64,000 nt of DNA from an uncultured delta proteobacterium (GCA_963728565.1 CAVSLC010000010.1:96001-160000), one strand, 5' to 3'; numbered from the stretch's first letter, positions 10,124-20,426 are shown. Numbers and translations are program-made. The notes: generated by a model from the letters alone, not told the origin.

Positions 10124-10205
10124 GTTGAACGTTAGAAGTTCAAGGCTCAAACGTCAGCCTTTTACAGGCCGCCACCGCTGGAGCCTTGAACCCGAACGCC
10201 GAACG
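10124..10205. repeat. Intergenic inverted repeat with degenerate 7-bp periodic arms
   Basis: GTTCAAGGCTC (10138-10148) and GAGCCTTGAAC (10181-10191) are perfect reverse complements, flanked by gttgaac/gttagaa and cgaacgc/cgaacga heptamers. Confidence 0.5.
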
Positions 10206-10231
10206 ATGAAGGGGTTAACGGTTGGCCGCGA

Positions 10232-10492
10232 TTAAACAGTGCGCCGTCGCCCGATTACGGCGCGATAGATCGCCAGCAAAATGATCGCGCCGATCACCGC
10301 CATGATGAAGCCGGCTGGCTCCCCTTCTTGATAAAACCCGAGAGCGCGCCCGACGAAGCCGCCCAGCAAGGCGCCGGCGATGCCTAGCAGAATTGTAACG
10401 ATAAATCCTCCGGGGTCGCGCCCCGGCATCAAGAACTTGCCGACGATTCCGACAATCAGTCCGAAGATAATCCATCCAATCCATCCAAGCAT
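10232..10492 (-). CDS. GlsB/YeaQ/YmgE (transglycosylase-associated) stress membrane protein
   Basis: WIIFGLIVGIVGKFLMPGRDPGG...LGIAGALLGG...AVIGAIILL; AAGGA RBS. Confidence 0.9.
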   Translation of the reverse strand: MLGWIGWIIFGLIVGIVGKFLMPGRDPGGFIVTILLGIAGALLGGFVGRALGFYQEGEPAGFIMAVIGAIILLAIYRAVIGRRRTV

Positions 10493-10537
10493 AGTAGTTC
10501 CTTTCTTCTGTTGAGTTTGTCTAGCCGATTGAATAGC

Positions 10538-11092
10538 TCAATGTTTATCTTGCTCCGTGCCCAATTCCTGTAACAAGGTGACGAGGTCGTCAGCGTGCTC
10601 TTCTTCCACCGCCAGGATTTCTTCCATCAAACGACGGCTGGTGGAGTCATTTTCGCCGAGATAATGCGCCATCTCCCGATAGCTGTCGATGGCAATGCGC
10701 TCGGCCACCAGATCCTCTTTAATCATGTCGAGGAGGGTTTCGCCTTCGACATACTCTGCGTGACTGCGGGTCATCAAGCCGTCGGGCGATAAGTCAGGAG
10801 CGCCGCCGAGCTGAACGATACGCTGGGCGATTTGATCGGCATGTCCCTGTTCTTGGTTGGCGTGCTCGAGAAACTCCTGAGCCACTGCCTGAGCATGGAT
10901 TCCCGAAGCCATGTAGTAGTGTCGCTTGTAGCGCAGTGTGCACACGATCTCCGTCGCCAGCGCTTCATTGAGTAGTTTAACCACGGTATCGCGGTCGGCT
11001 TTGTAACCCGGCGTGATGGCGCCTTGTTCGATATGTTGACGCGCCCGCTCTCGGAGCGTCTTGATATCGGTTAAAAAAGGCTTATCAGCCAT
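10538..11092 (-). CDS. Ferritin-like (bacterioferritin/Dps-like) protein
   Basis: LNEALATEIVCTLRYKRH, QEQGHAD, EDLVAERIAIDSY and EEEHADD diiron helices; AAAGGAGG RBS before the ATG at 11092. Confidence 0.85.
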   Translation of the reverse strand: MADKPFLTDIKTLRERARQHIEQGAITPGYKADRDTVVKLLNEALATEIVCTLRYKRHYYMASGIHAQAVAQEFLEHANQEQGHADQIAQRIVQLGGAPDLSPDGLMTRSHAEYVEGETLLDMIKEDLVAERIAIDSYREMAHYLGENDSTSRRLMEEILAVEEEHADDLVTLLQELGTEQDKH

Positions 11093-11218
11093 AACTCCTC
11101 CTTTCACAGTGAACTCATCACCGCTTATAGCCAGATTGTCGGCGGCGGCGCAAGTCGGATAATTGTTCGCTTTGGGCTCTATTATCGGCGGCAGTGCCAG
11201 CCCAATACGGCCTCTATG

Positions 11219-11845
11219 TTAAGCTCGCCGCCTGGAGCGGTTTCCTGATTTCTTAGTTGCCTTGCGCCCGCTGCTCTTTTTCGTGCTGCCGGTTTTACGC
11301 GCCGCAGTCTTGCTGCTTGCGGACTTTTTGCTGGCAGCCTTGCGCGCGCTGGATTTGGAGGCAGCGCTTTTGCGGCCGGCCGGGGCATTTGATGCCTTTT
11401 TAGTTGCCCGACCGCTGTTCTGCATTTGCTGCTTTCGTTGCGCCATCTGCTGACCCAGCGAGTTCAGGTCGAGCTGGCTCTCCTCAACCTTGGGCAGCAT
11501 CTCGTTCTCTTCTTCCTCAACGTGGTGCTGTACATTCTCCATTAGCTGGGAGAATTGCGATTCAAATTCTTGATTCGCTTCTTCCATCCGTTTAAGCTCG
11601 CTGATCAGTTGTTTGACGGTTTGGTGCTCCTCGATCGCCTCCTGGACCATCGAGCCGTCGTCGACTTCGGTTTTCACCGCAGGGTAGAAGATTTCCTCCT
11701 CGAGAGCGGCGTGAACTTCGAGCTCAGCCATGGCATTCTCAGCCAAGCGCCGCTTGGCTTGCGCGCCTTTCGTCTGCTCAAATTTTTTGAATAACCCTTC
11801 GACTTTTTTGTGGTCCTGACGGATCATCTGTGTTGCATTAGGCAT
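11219..11845 (-). CDS. Hemerythrin/HHE domain protein with basic histone-like C-terminal tail
   Basis: DH, HAALEEEIFYP, EEH and HHVEEEE motifs; about 60 aa Lys/Ala/Ser/Arg tail; GGAGGAG RBS. Confidence 0.85.
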   Translation of the reverse strand: MPNATQMIRQDHKKVEGLFKKFEQTKGAQAKRRLAENAMAELEVHAALEEEIFYPAVKTEVDDGSMVQEAIEEHQTVKQLISELKRMEEANQEFESQFSQLMENVQHHVEEEENEMLPKVEESQLDLNSLGQQMAQRKQQMQNSGRATKKASNAPAGRKSAASKSSARKAASKKSASSKTAARKTGSTKKSSGRKATKKSGNRSRRRA

Positions 11846-11881
11846 AATTGGCTCCTCCATCGTTTGGTGAAATTGGTTGCT

Positions 11882-12988
11882 TTACTGCGATGCGCCCTGT
11901 ACGTGTACCAGCTCGGGTTTGTCTACCGGCGGCCGGGTTATTTCTTGTTCCATTCCCGGTCTCTGCCGTTTGCTATAGGGTTCCAGTTGTACGACGCTGC
12001 CGATTTCCGCCGAACCGTAGAGTGCGCGGATAACGCGCACATCGGCCAATCCTTCCGCTCCGGATGGTTCCGGATCGACATTATCGATAATGCAGTTGGA
12101 AAAATAGATTAGCTCCGGGGCAAATTGATCCCGGCTGGAAAAAGTCCGTTCGCGGGTTTTGCCTTTAACCGTGAGGCGGTGCTTGAGCTCTCCAACATAC
12201 TCATAAGCCGGCTCAACGCGCAGGCTACCCTCGGTGCCGACCAGCTCATAGGCCGATACATCCGCGGCTCCAAAGCTGCAGGTGAATGATGCTAATCGCT
12301 CTTCGGGAAAACGCAAAACGGCGCCGGTCATCTCATCGACTTCCCCGAAGCGCGGGTCTTTACCGCTGATGCTGAACGCGTGGACTTCCGACGGCTCGGC
12401 CTGAAACAGGGAGCGCGCCGCATTGATGCAGTACACGCCGATATCGTAGAGCGTGCCGCCGCCGAGCTCTCGTTTCAGCCGAATGTTATCTTCCTTCACT
12501 TGCATCGCAAACACCGAAGAGAAGAATCGCGGCTCACCGAGTTTGCCGGAACGCGCAATCTCGACCGCTTCAAGGTTGGCCTTCTCGAAATGAAGCCGAT
12601 AGGCAATCATCAGCTTCACTCCGCCGTTTTGGGCGGCCGAAATCATCTTCTCGCAGTCATCTTCAGTCACCGCCATCGGCTTTTCACAGAGAACATGAAT
12701 GCCGGCTCGGGCGGCGCGCACGGTAAAGTCACGGTGGAGGTTATTAGGCAGCGCGATATAGACGGCATCGACAGCGCCGCTGCTCAGGCACTTGTCATAC
12801 TCCTCATACGAATAAGTATGTTGGACTTTGTATTTACTGCGGAGTTTCTCATGCTTGGCCGGATCATCCGACACCAAGGCGGTGAGCTGGGAATTCTGAC
12901 GGGCGTGAGCGAATGCAGGCAAGACGGCAACTTGCGCGATGTGCCCGAGGCCGACCACGGCATATCTGATTTTAGCTCGTTCAACCAT
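11882..12988 (-). CDS. Gfo/Idh/MocA family oxidoreductase (glucose-fructose oxidoreductase-like)
   Basis: YAVVGLGHIA, YIALPNNLH, HVLCEKPMA, GGGTLYDIGVYC. Confidence 0.9.
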   Translation of the reverse strand: MVERAKIRYAVVGLGHIAQVAVLPAFAHARQNSQLTALVSDDPAKHEKLRSKYKVQHTYSYEEYDKCLSSGAVDAVYIALPNNLHRDFTVRAARAGIHVLCEKPMAVTEDDCEKMISAAQNGGVKLMIAYRLHFEKANLEAVEIARSGKLGEPRFFSSVFAMQVKEDNIRLKRELGGGTLYDIGVYCINAARSLFQAEPSEVHAFSISGKDPRFGEVDEMTGAVLRFPEERLASFTCSFGAADVSAYELVGTEGSLRVEPAYEYVGELKHRLTVKGKTRERTFSSRDQFAPELIYFSNCIIDNVDPEPSGAEGLADVRVIRALYGSAEIGSVVQLEPYSKRQRPGMEQEITRPPVDKPELVHVQGASQ

Positions 12989-13364
12989 GGTGCTGCCGGC
13001 TTGGAAGAACGGTTGCGGTGCGGCCACTTGGTTTTACTTCAATTTGATCGTTCACCGTCAATCCTGAATCGACGCTCTTGGCCAGATCGATTGCTTTGGA
13101 ACGCAACTCCTCAGATTCTACTGACCCTGAGAGAGTAATCTCGCTGTTAGTCGAATCGGCGCTGACGCCGAGCTCCGCCGATCTCAACTGTTCGTCGGCT
13201 TTGAACTTCGCTTTAACTGCACTCTCGAGGTCCGCATTGCTTCGCGCCATGGCTGTCGTTTCGCTGAGCGAGGGTGCTTGGTTGTCGGAATTACCGGATC
13301 TGTTGCAGGCAACCGCTGCGATGGCCAGCAGGAACACAACCACTGCCAGTAATTTCTGGATCAT
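12981..13364 (-). CDS. BON domain lipoprotein
   Basis: Lipobox AVAC after a hydrophobic stretch; BON signature ITLSGSV...VNDQIEV. Confidence 0.8.
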   Translation of the reverse strand: MIQKLLAVVVFLLAIAAVACNRSGNSDNQAPSLSETTAMARSNADLESAVKAKFKADEQLRSAELGVSADSTNSEITLSGSVESEELRSKAIDLAKSVDSGLTVNDQIEVKPSGRTATVLPSRQHHG

Positions 13365-13402
13365 GAAACGCTCCGGGATCTCTCGTAATTTAGAATGATA
13401 GG

Positions 13403-13418
13403 GGCAAAAAATATGCCA
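13403..13418 (-). promoter_or_regulatory. sigma54 (-24/-12) promoter
   Basis: Minus strand TGGCATATTTTTTGCC (GG-N10-GC), about 40 bp upstream of the BON ATG. Confidence 0.8.
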
Positions 13419-13489
13419 CGAAGCGGGTGTTTTCACCCTCGATGTTTGCCCCACGTTATCCTTGAGTGTCGCGCCAGCGCGGATTTCTC

Positions 13490-13537
13490 GTCCCAAAGCC
13501 GGTACGAGCGCACGAAGCTCGCATGCAGAACTGGGAC
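13490..13537. promoter_or_regulatory. Putative paired enhancer (UAS) sites
   Basis: GTCCCA at 13490 and TGGGAC ending at 13537; same 48-bp span as 8754..8801. Confidence 0.55.
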
Positions 13538-13606
13538 GACAATCGTTGGTCAAGGATCATGGATGCGCATGAGTGCGCCCAGCGCAACCGGGCGATCTGC
13601 GGTGAG

Positions 13607-14341
13607 CTATTCTTTTCGATCAATGTCGATGCAGGCATGCAGCGGCAGATGATCTGATGCGACGCGAGTTAGCGGAGTGATGCAGCGGCGCACGCTGATC
13701 AGCGCTCGCTGCGGTTTGACCCAGATTCTATCGAGCGAAAAGATCGGCGCAGGCGAGGGGAAGGTTCGTAAGGCGGGTGCTCTGCCGAACTCTTCATTGA
13801 AGCGGAGAATGGGAAAGCCCCAGGGGAACCACTCATTGAAATCGAGCAGGACGATCACCGGCGTGGTGGCTTCTTTAGCGATACCGCCCAGGAGACGTTT
13901 GGTTTGGTAGATGCGCTCGCGTACCCGCAACCCCAGGTGAGAAACAATCACCCGCAGTACGCCATTGCCGGTATCGATATCGACGTCGATGGCGCCGCGC
14001 GCTTCTCTCCCGGGAACGCTCAAGTCGAGACGACGCGCGTTGATCACCGGATGACGCGACAGCAGTACGTTGCCGTACTCGCCGTTAGCTCGGGCGATCA
14101 TCGGTCCGGCGATGGCGATCCGTCCTGTAGCTTCGGCCAGATACTGCATCTGGTGCGACTCCCCGGTGCCATTGTTTTCAGAGTGGACTTCCTGCAGGCC
14201 GATCACATCGGCATCGAGTTCATTAAGAACTTGAGCAATCCTTGCCGGGCTGCGCTGGCGATCGATGCCGACGCACTGATGGATGTTGTAGCTAACCGCG
14301 GAAAATAGCGTGCTCGTTTCTTTGACTTTGTGCAGTTTCAA
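13607..14341 (-). CDS. Endonuclease/exonuclease/phosphatase family protein
   Basis: SYNIH, DVIGLQEV, GNVLLSR, DFNEW, LDRIW and SDHLP motifs; start uncertain. Confidence 0.88.
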   Translation of the reverse strand: MKLHKVKETSTLFSAVSYNIHQCVGIDRQRSPARIAQVLNELDADVIGLQEVHSENNGTGESHQMQYLAEATGRIAIAGPMIARANGEYGNVLLSRHPVINARRLDLSVPGREARGAIDVDIDTGNGVLRVIVSHLGLRVRERIYQTKRLLGGIAKEATTPVIVLLDFNEWFPWGFPILRFNEEFGRAPALRTFPSPAPIFSLDRIWVKPQRALISVRRCITPLTRVASDHLPLHACIDIDRKE

Positions 14342-14484
14342 CGGTGATCGAACCGACAGTTTAGAGCCAGCCCTCCGCGCAGTGACTGTCCGTGGGTGTC
14401 AGAATCAGACAAGCCAGATCCTTACAACTGCATCAAACCAACGAGAAATGGTAGCAGTACGCTCGCAAATGGCAAGGCGCCTCG

Positions 14485-14766
14485 TCAGCGGGTGAGATAA
14501 TCACTGAGAGTGAAGGTGATAAAATGCAGCAACCATATGAGGCCGGCTCCGGCAAATACACGGGCCAGAAAAGTGCTGTGTCTAAGATGCATGAAGTAGA
14601 TCATCACCAGCGCCGCTTTGGTCATGGCGATGGCCAGTGCAGCCGGCGTGTTAAGCGGCCCCAGATTGATGAAGGCCATTCCCGTGGTGATGAGGGTAAG
14701 AAGCAGGAGCGCGCCGAATACCAGGAGATAAGTTTTTCTTTGTGCTGCTGCGGCGTGCGGGTCCAT
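14485..14766 (-). CDS. ctaF: Cytochrome c oxidase (caa3) subunit IV
   Basis: Three TM helices, IAMTKAALVMIYFMHLR motif, last gene of the oxidase operon. Confidence 0.85.
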   Translation of the reverse strand: MDPHAAAAQRKTYLLVFGALLLLTLITTGMAFINLGPLNTPAALAIAMTKAALVMIYFMHLRHSTFLARVFAGAGLIWLLHFITFTLSDYLTR

Positions 14767-15413
14767 CAGTGCCGTCCAATCAGGTAAAGCAGGGGGAAGA
14801 GAAAAATCCATACGATATCAACGAAATGCCAGTAGAGGCCGACCATTTCCACGGGAGTATAATAGCTCGCGGAAAATTCTCCGCGCCAGGCGCGCAGTGC
14901 CGTCCAGATAATCAGCCCGGCGCCGATCACCATGTGAAGAGCATGCATGCCGGTCATAGCGAAATAGAGCGAGAAAAAAATCGCCGCGTGACGCGGATCG
15001 GCATCACTAAATTGAAAACCGGGGCCGGGAACCAGGTGCTCATGGAATTTGTGCTGGTACTCAACACCCTTGATGCCGAGGAAAACCAGACCCAGCGCTA
15101 ACGTTGCCGCAAGAAAGAGGATCTGGCCGCGCCGCCGGCCCAGCTGCGCGCTGTAAACCGCCAGGACCATTGTCAGGCTGCTGCCGATCAAAACTCCTGT
15201 GTTGATCGTGCCAAGAGTAACATCAAGATGGTGGCTGGCGGCGGCGAACGCCTGCGGAAAGGACAGGCGATAGACGATGTAAGCGACAAACAAGCCGCCA
15301 AAAAAAAGAACTTCGGTAGCCAGAAACGTCCACATGCCGAGGGTGGACGCTTCGACCTGCTGCTCGGGATCGTCGAATTGATGCGCCAGCGCGGCGCCAT
15401 GTATCTCAGCCAA
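14766..15413 (-). CDS. ctaE: Cytochrome c oxidase subunit III
   Basis: [41 protein letters not shown]; TTG start after GAGGAG. Confidence 0.92.
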   Translation of the reverse strand: MAEIHGAALAHQFDDPEQQVEASTLGMWTFLATEVLFFGGLFVAYIVYRLSFPQAFAAASHHLDVTLGTINTGVLIGSSLTMVLAVYSAQLGRRRGQILFLAATLALGLVFLGIKGVEYQHKFHEHLVPGPGFQFSDADPRHAAIFFSLYFAMTGMHALHMVIGAGLIIWTALRAWRGEFSASYYTPVEMVGLYWHFVDIVWIFLFPLLYLIGRH

Positions 15414-17044
15414 CTTTCTGCTCCTCCTCGTAGGCGTACGCCGGTTGCGATACTCGCGGCTTATAGTCGAAGTTATCGGTTGGCGGCGGCGAAGCTGTGG
15501 TCCACTCCAAGCCTCTGGCGTCCCAAGGATTGGCGCCGGCGTACGGGCCATAGCGCATCGACCAGAAGAAATAGATCAACGGAATCAGGTAGCCCACGCC
15601 GAGGATCGAAGCGCCGGCCGATGACATGACGTTAAGCACTTGAAACTCGTCAGGATAGGCGGCATAGCGCCGCGGCATGCCGAGATAACCTAAAATAAAT
15701 TGCGGAAAAAACGTCAGGTTAAAGCCGACGAAGATAACCAGGGCGGAGAAGCGCGCCCATCCTTCCGGATAGAGCCTGCCGGTGATCTTCGGCCACCAGA
15801 AATGGAGGCCGCCGAGATACCCCATAATAGCTCCGCCGACCATGATGTAATGAAAGTGAGCGACTATGAAATAGGTATCATGCACATGCACGTCGATCGG
15901 CAGAGTAGCAACGAAGATCCCGGTCAACCCGCCAATTGTGAACAGACCGATAAATCCGAGCGCATAAAACAATGGCGTGCGATAAACGATCGAGCCTTTG
16001 TAAAGCGTCGCTGTCCAATTAAATACCTTGATCGCCGACGGAATTGCCACCAGCATACTGAGAAAGGAAAAGACCAACCCGGCGTAAACTGATTGGCTGC
16101 TGACGAACAGGTGGTGACCCCAGACAAAAAAGCCAAGGACTGCAATGGCAATGCTGGAGAAAGCGATAAACGTATAGCCAAAAATCCGCTTGCGCGAGAA
16201 GCACGGAACGATCTCGCTGACCACGCCCATGGCCGGCAGGATCATGATGTAAACCGCAGGATGGGAATAAAACCAAAATAGATGCTGGAACAGTACCGGA
16301 TCGCCGCCCTAAACGCGGATCGAAGATGCCTAAGTGAAACAACCGCTCCAGGGCAACCAGAACCAGGCTGATGGCCAAAACCGGAGTGCCCAGTACCATG
16401 ATCAGGCTGGTAGCATAGTGGGACCAAATGAAAAGCGGCAGGCGCAGCCAGGTCATTCCCGGCGCCCGCATTTTGTGAATCGTCACGATAAAGTTCAGGC
16501 CGGTCAGGATCGAGGAGAAGCCGGTAATGAAAGCTCCTGTCACGGTAAGAGCGACGTAACTATTAGCATAGGTGCTGCTGTACGGGGTGTAGAAGGTCCA
16601 GCCGGTATCGACTCCTCCCATGATGGCGGCCATCAACGTGAACAGACCGCCGATAATGAACACGTACCAACTCAAGAGATTCAACTTGGGGAACGCCAAA
16701 TCGCGCGCGCCGATCATCAACGGCACGAGAAAATTTCCCAGCACCGCGGGTATCGATGGAATCAGAAAAAAGAAGATCATCACCAATCCGTGCAGGGTGA
16801 AAAGCTTGTTGTAGGTTTCGGCTTCAAAAAGATCGGATTGCGGCGTGAGCAATTCCAGGCGAAACAGCACCGCCGCGGCGCCGCCCAGAAAAAAGAATAA
16901 AGTGATCGCAACCAGATACAGCAATGCGATGCGCTTGTGATCGACGGTCAATAGCCAGGAACGAACGCCGTAGTTGACGTTCAAGTAATGCCGTCGCGGC
17001 GGACGCGCCTGCGAGGCGACGGATCTTTCGGCTATCACACTCAT
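15406..17044 (-). CDS. ctaD: Cytochrome c oxidase subunit I, type A2 (one frameshift near 16308)
   Basis: [35 protein letters not shown]. Removing one G of the GGG at 16307-16309 restores [20 protein letters not shown], where the YS motif marks the A2 subfamily. Confidence 0.92.
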
Positions 17045-17994
17045 GATGGGTTCTTTTCCTCCGGCGCTCTGCCGAGCGTCCTTAGATAAACGAGGATCTG
17101 ATGCAGCGCATCTTCGCTGATCTGGCCTTGATAGGTCGGCATAATCGGCCGGTATCCGGAGACGAGCTTGCTGTTGGGATTGAGGATTGATTCACGGATG
17201 TACGCCTCATCGGCCACCACAGACTCGCCCGAATCGAGTTTGACCCGACGGCCGAACAGGCCAGTCAACGCCGGGCCCTGCGCCGTGGATGTGGTCTGGT
17301 GACAGTTTTCACACCCGAGTTGCTGAAATAGCCGCTCGCCGCTGACCGCGATCGGTTCCTCACCAGCTTGCGAGGTAAGCCACTTCTGGTAGTCCACGGG
17401 CTTCATGGCGACCACTCTGCCGATCATTCCGGAATGTTGCGTGCCGCAGTATTCGGCGCAGAACAGGTGAAACTCGCCTTCCCGGTTGGCTTCGAACCAA
17501 GTCGTGGTATATCGGCCCGGAACGACGTCCATCTTGATGCGAAAGGCCGGCACGTAAAAACTATGGATGACATCTTCCGAGGCGAGGATAACTTTGACCG
17601 GCTGGCCCACCGGAATATGCATTTGATTTATTTCCCGGGCTCCGCTTGGGTGTTGAAGCTTCCACATCCACTGGCGTCCCACCGCGCGCAACTCCAGGGC
17701 GTCCTGCGGCGCTTGGGACATATGGACGAACAGGCTGGCGCCCCAGCCGAAACTGATCATGACCAGGATCAACGGGACAATCGACCAGAGAATTTCCAGG
17801 CGCATGTCGATGTGGATCGGCGGCGGCCGCTCGGTCGCGGAGCGGCGGCGATACTTAGCCGTAAAGTAAATCACCGTGCCGAATATGAGAGCGACGAAAA
17901 AAGTGGCCATCGCCACTAAGAAGAAATAGAGCGCATCGACTTGGCCGGCGAAGGTCGAGGCTGGCACCGGGAACAGCGGAAGGTCTTCGAACAC
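17041..17994 (-). CDS. ctaC: Cytochrome c oxidase subunit II with fused cytochrome c (caa3 type)
   Basis: CuA motifs DVIHSF and [12 protein letters not shown]; C-terminal CENCH heme motif. Confidence 0.95.
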   Translation of the reverse strand: MFEDLPLFPVPASTFAGQVDALYFFLVAMATFFVALIFGTVIYFTAKYRRRSATERPPPIHIDMRLEILWSIVPLILVMISFGWGASLFVHMSQAPQDALELRAVGRQWMWKLQHPSGAREINQMHIPVGQPVKVILASEDVIHSFYVPAFRIKMDVVPGRYTTTWFEANREGEFHLFCAEYCGTQHSGMIGRVVAMKPVDYQKWLTSQAGEEPIAVSGERLFQQLGCENCHQTTSTAQGPALTGLFGRRVKLDSGESVVADEAYIRESILNPNSKLVSGYRPIMPTYQGQISEDALHQILVYLRTLGRAPEEKNPS

Positions 17995-17996
17995 CG

Positions 17997-18860
17997 CTAA
18001 GCCTCCGCTTCCTCGTGTGAGCCGCGCCGCTCGCGCCGCAGCATGGTGATGATAAAGGTTGCCATCGCCAGCACAGTTGACACTCCGGCCAGCCGTAGAG
18101 CAGCCATGATGACGAATCCATACTTTCCGGTGAGCGGATTATAGTGATAGCAGTAGAGCAGCAGTTGATCGATGGCGCTGCCGATGGTGCCGTCGCCCGC
18201 TTCCACCAATGCCAGACGGATGTCGCGCGTCGTATAGTCGATGCCGTAGAGCACCCGGGCTATATTTCCCTGCGGCGTAAGAACGAAAATCCCGGATGCG
18301 TGCACGTACTGCTGGCTGGCCTCGTCCCAGGCATAAGTAAATCCGGCGCTTCGGGTCACTTCTTCGATGGCGCTTTTCTCTCCGGTGAGAAAGTGCCAGC
18401 CGATCTCGCTGTCATCCCGGCCATAGCGATTGATGATCTCGAGTTGTTTTTTTTGCGCCATCTCCGGACCATCCCGCTCATCGATGCTGACCACGATCAC
18501 GTCGAAATCGCGGCCCGCATTGAGCGACAAAGGTTTGAGGCTCCGCACCAATCCCTCAAGCACCAGAGGACAGAGCATGGGGCAATCGAAATAAGAAAAA
18601 ACCAGCACTGCGGGTTTACCGGATAAAGCTGATTGCAGCGAAACCGACGCGCCGGTTTGATCGCGAAAGCCTGTTTCTAGCGGCAGCCGGGTGCCGAGCT
18701 TTTGTTCAATCCCGACGTTCTTAAAGATCTCCGGTTGATTGTGCGAGGAAATCGGCGCGACTTTGTCGTCATGCGGGCGCGCAGCTTCCGGCGCCACGAT
18801 GTGGGTCATGGCGAGCGCAAAAATCGCCGCCGAAAATCCCCTCCAAAGATCAGACTTCAC
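17997..18860 (-). CDS. SCO1/SenC family copper chaperone
   Basis: YFDCPMLC (CxxxC) and YVHAS His ligand; position in the ACIII-oxidase operon. Confidence 0.9.
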   Translation of the reverse strand: MKSDLWRGFSAAIFALAMTHIVAPEAARPHDDKVAPISSHNQPEIFKNVGIEQKLGTRLPLETGFRDQTGASVSLQSALSGKPAVLVFSYFDCPMLCPLVLEGLVRSLKPLSLNAGRDFDVIVVSIDERDGPEMAQKKQLEIINRYGRDDSEIGWHFLTGEKSAIEEVTRSAGFTYAWDEASQQYVHASGIFVLTPQGNIARVLYGIDYTTRDIRLALVEAGDGTIGSAIDQLLLYCYHYNPLTGKYGFVIMAALRLAGVSTVLAMATFIITMLRRERRGSHEEAEA

Positions 18861-19264
18861 GGTTGCTCCTGTTTGCTTTGCGGCCTCTTTACCGGTGACT
18901 TTTGCGCCGGCAATCCGCGGCCGGCGAGAATTTCCATGGCACGTTCGATCGGTATCGCGGCAATGCCGGCCTCTCGATCGACCCAGCGGTAACTGTGCAA
19001 TTGCGCCTCTTCGGCGGCTCGTATCTCCTGATAATCACGGGAAGACGCCACCTGGAGGTCCGGCTCCGGCGACATATTGGGCGCGGGTACGCTGGGAGTG
19101 ACGACTCCTTGGCCGGGCAGCCGCCCACCGCTGAGAAACCACAACAGGGCGCCCATTGATACAAGAACCATCACCGCCAACACTGCCAGCCCGGCGCTGA
19201 ACCAGCGGACTCCACGCGGGCTGAAATCCTCGGTCTCGTACTTCACGTTATCGGCGTCAGCCAT
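18857..19264 (-). CDS. Single-TM protein of the ACIII cluster (ActG-like position)
   Basis: One TM helix, PEPDLQ and YRWVDR..G...IPIERAM motifs; lies between actF and sco. Confidence 0.65.
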   Translation of the reverse strand: MADADNVKYETEDFSPRGVRWFSAGLAVLAVMVLVSMGALLWFLSGGRLPGQGVVTPSVPAPNMSPEPDLQVASSRDYQEIRAAEEAQLHSYRWVDREAGIAAIPIERAMEILAGRGLPAQKSPVKRPQSKQEQP

Positions 19265-20426
19265 GGGCGTTTGTTTCCTCCGCGAGCAGCGCTACATGCA
19301 GCGGCAACAACGGCATCTTTTGCAATTGCCAGAGAAAGACTCCGAGCCATATTCCGCCCATACCGATCATCAGGGTAACATCCAGCCAGTGGATAGCGGA
19401 GTTTTCGAAGCCCGGCACAATCATCCAGTAAGTGTCCAAAAGCCGCATCACCAGCACGCCCGCAGCCACCCAAACCAGGACATTGGGGTTGCGCTTGATG
19501 TCCCTCATGAGAAGCAGGAACAGCGGCACAAAGAAATGAAAAATCACCAGCAGCGGCGGCAGCCAGCTCCACAGCCCCTCGGTGCGGGCAATGTACCAGG
19601 GAATTTCTTCGGCCAGGTTACCCGACCAGATAATCAGATATTGCGAAAACATCATGTAAGCCCAGAGCATGATGAACGCGAGCAACAGATTGCCCAAATC
19701 TTGAAAGTGGCTAGGACGCAGTCGCATTGCCAGCGGTTCGCGCGCCCCAAGCCATGCCAGTCCGACGATGGCGAAGGCCAGAGCGGCGACTCCTTGATTG
19801 ATGACCCAGATGACGCCGTATCCCGTCGAATACCAATGCGGTTCAATGGACATGATCCAGTCCACGGATGCGAAGCTCATCGTGAGAAGATAAATCAGCA
19901 ACCCGGGACCGCTAAGGCGGCGCATGCGTTTGCCGGCGGGCAGTTCCGCGGATGCATCTTGCTCCCGCGACCAGCGGTTTAGAAAATAACCCAATACTCC
20001 CCAGAGACCGAGGTACAAAATCGTTCTGGCGATAAAAAAGGGTACATTCAGGTACGCGGATTTTTGGCGCAGAATTTCATCCTCGGCGACATGCCCGGGA
20101 CTGGCCCAAGGGTAAACCGCTTGGAGTCCAAACAGCAGCGGCACAAACAACAGGGTCACAAGGGGCAAGGTGCGGGTTGCCGATTCGAGCAGGCGCCGGA
20201 TCATCACGCCCCATCTGCCGCCGACGAGAAAGTGCAGCATCAGAAAGGCCAAAGAGCCGAGCGGAATCGCCAGCCAAAAGATATAAGCCACGATGTACGA
20301 GCGAAAAAATTGCGCGCTATCGAAGAAGCCGCCGATGACCGAGATAGCCGCGCCGACGACGCCGGCGATAAAAGCCTGGCGCGCCAGGCCTTCGATTGTC
20401 CATTCGCTAGTGGCAGAGTTGGTCAC
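19257..20426 (-). CDS. actF: Alternative complex III subunit ActF
   Basis: Polytopic, DWIMSIEPHWYST, DLGNLLLAF, SQYLIIWSGNLAEE; GTG start overlaps the actE stop. Confidence 0.88.
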   Translation of the reverse strand: MTNSATSEWTIEGLARQAFIAGVVGAAISVIGGFFDSAQFFRSYIVAYIFWLAIPLGSLAFLMLHFLVGGRWGVMIRRLLESATRTLPLVTLLFVPLLFGLQAVYPWASPGHVAEDEILRQKSAYLNVPFFIARTILYLGLWGVLGYFLNRWSREQDASAELPAGKRMRRLSGPGLLIYLLTMSFASVDWIMSIEPHWYSTGYGVIWVINQGVAALAFAIVGLAWLGAREPLAMRLRPSHFQDLGNLLLAFIMLWAYMMFSQYLIIWSGNLAEEIPWYIARTEGLWSWLPPLLVIFHFFVPLFLLLMRDIKRNPNVLVWVAAGVLVMRLLDTYWMIVPGFENSAIHWLDVTLMIGMGGIWLGVFLWQLQKMPLLPLHVALLAEETNAHG

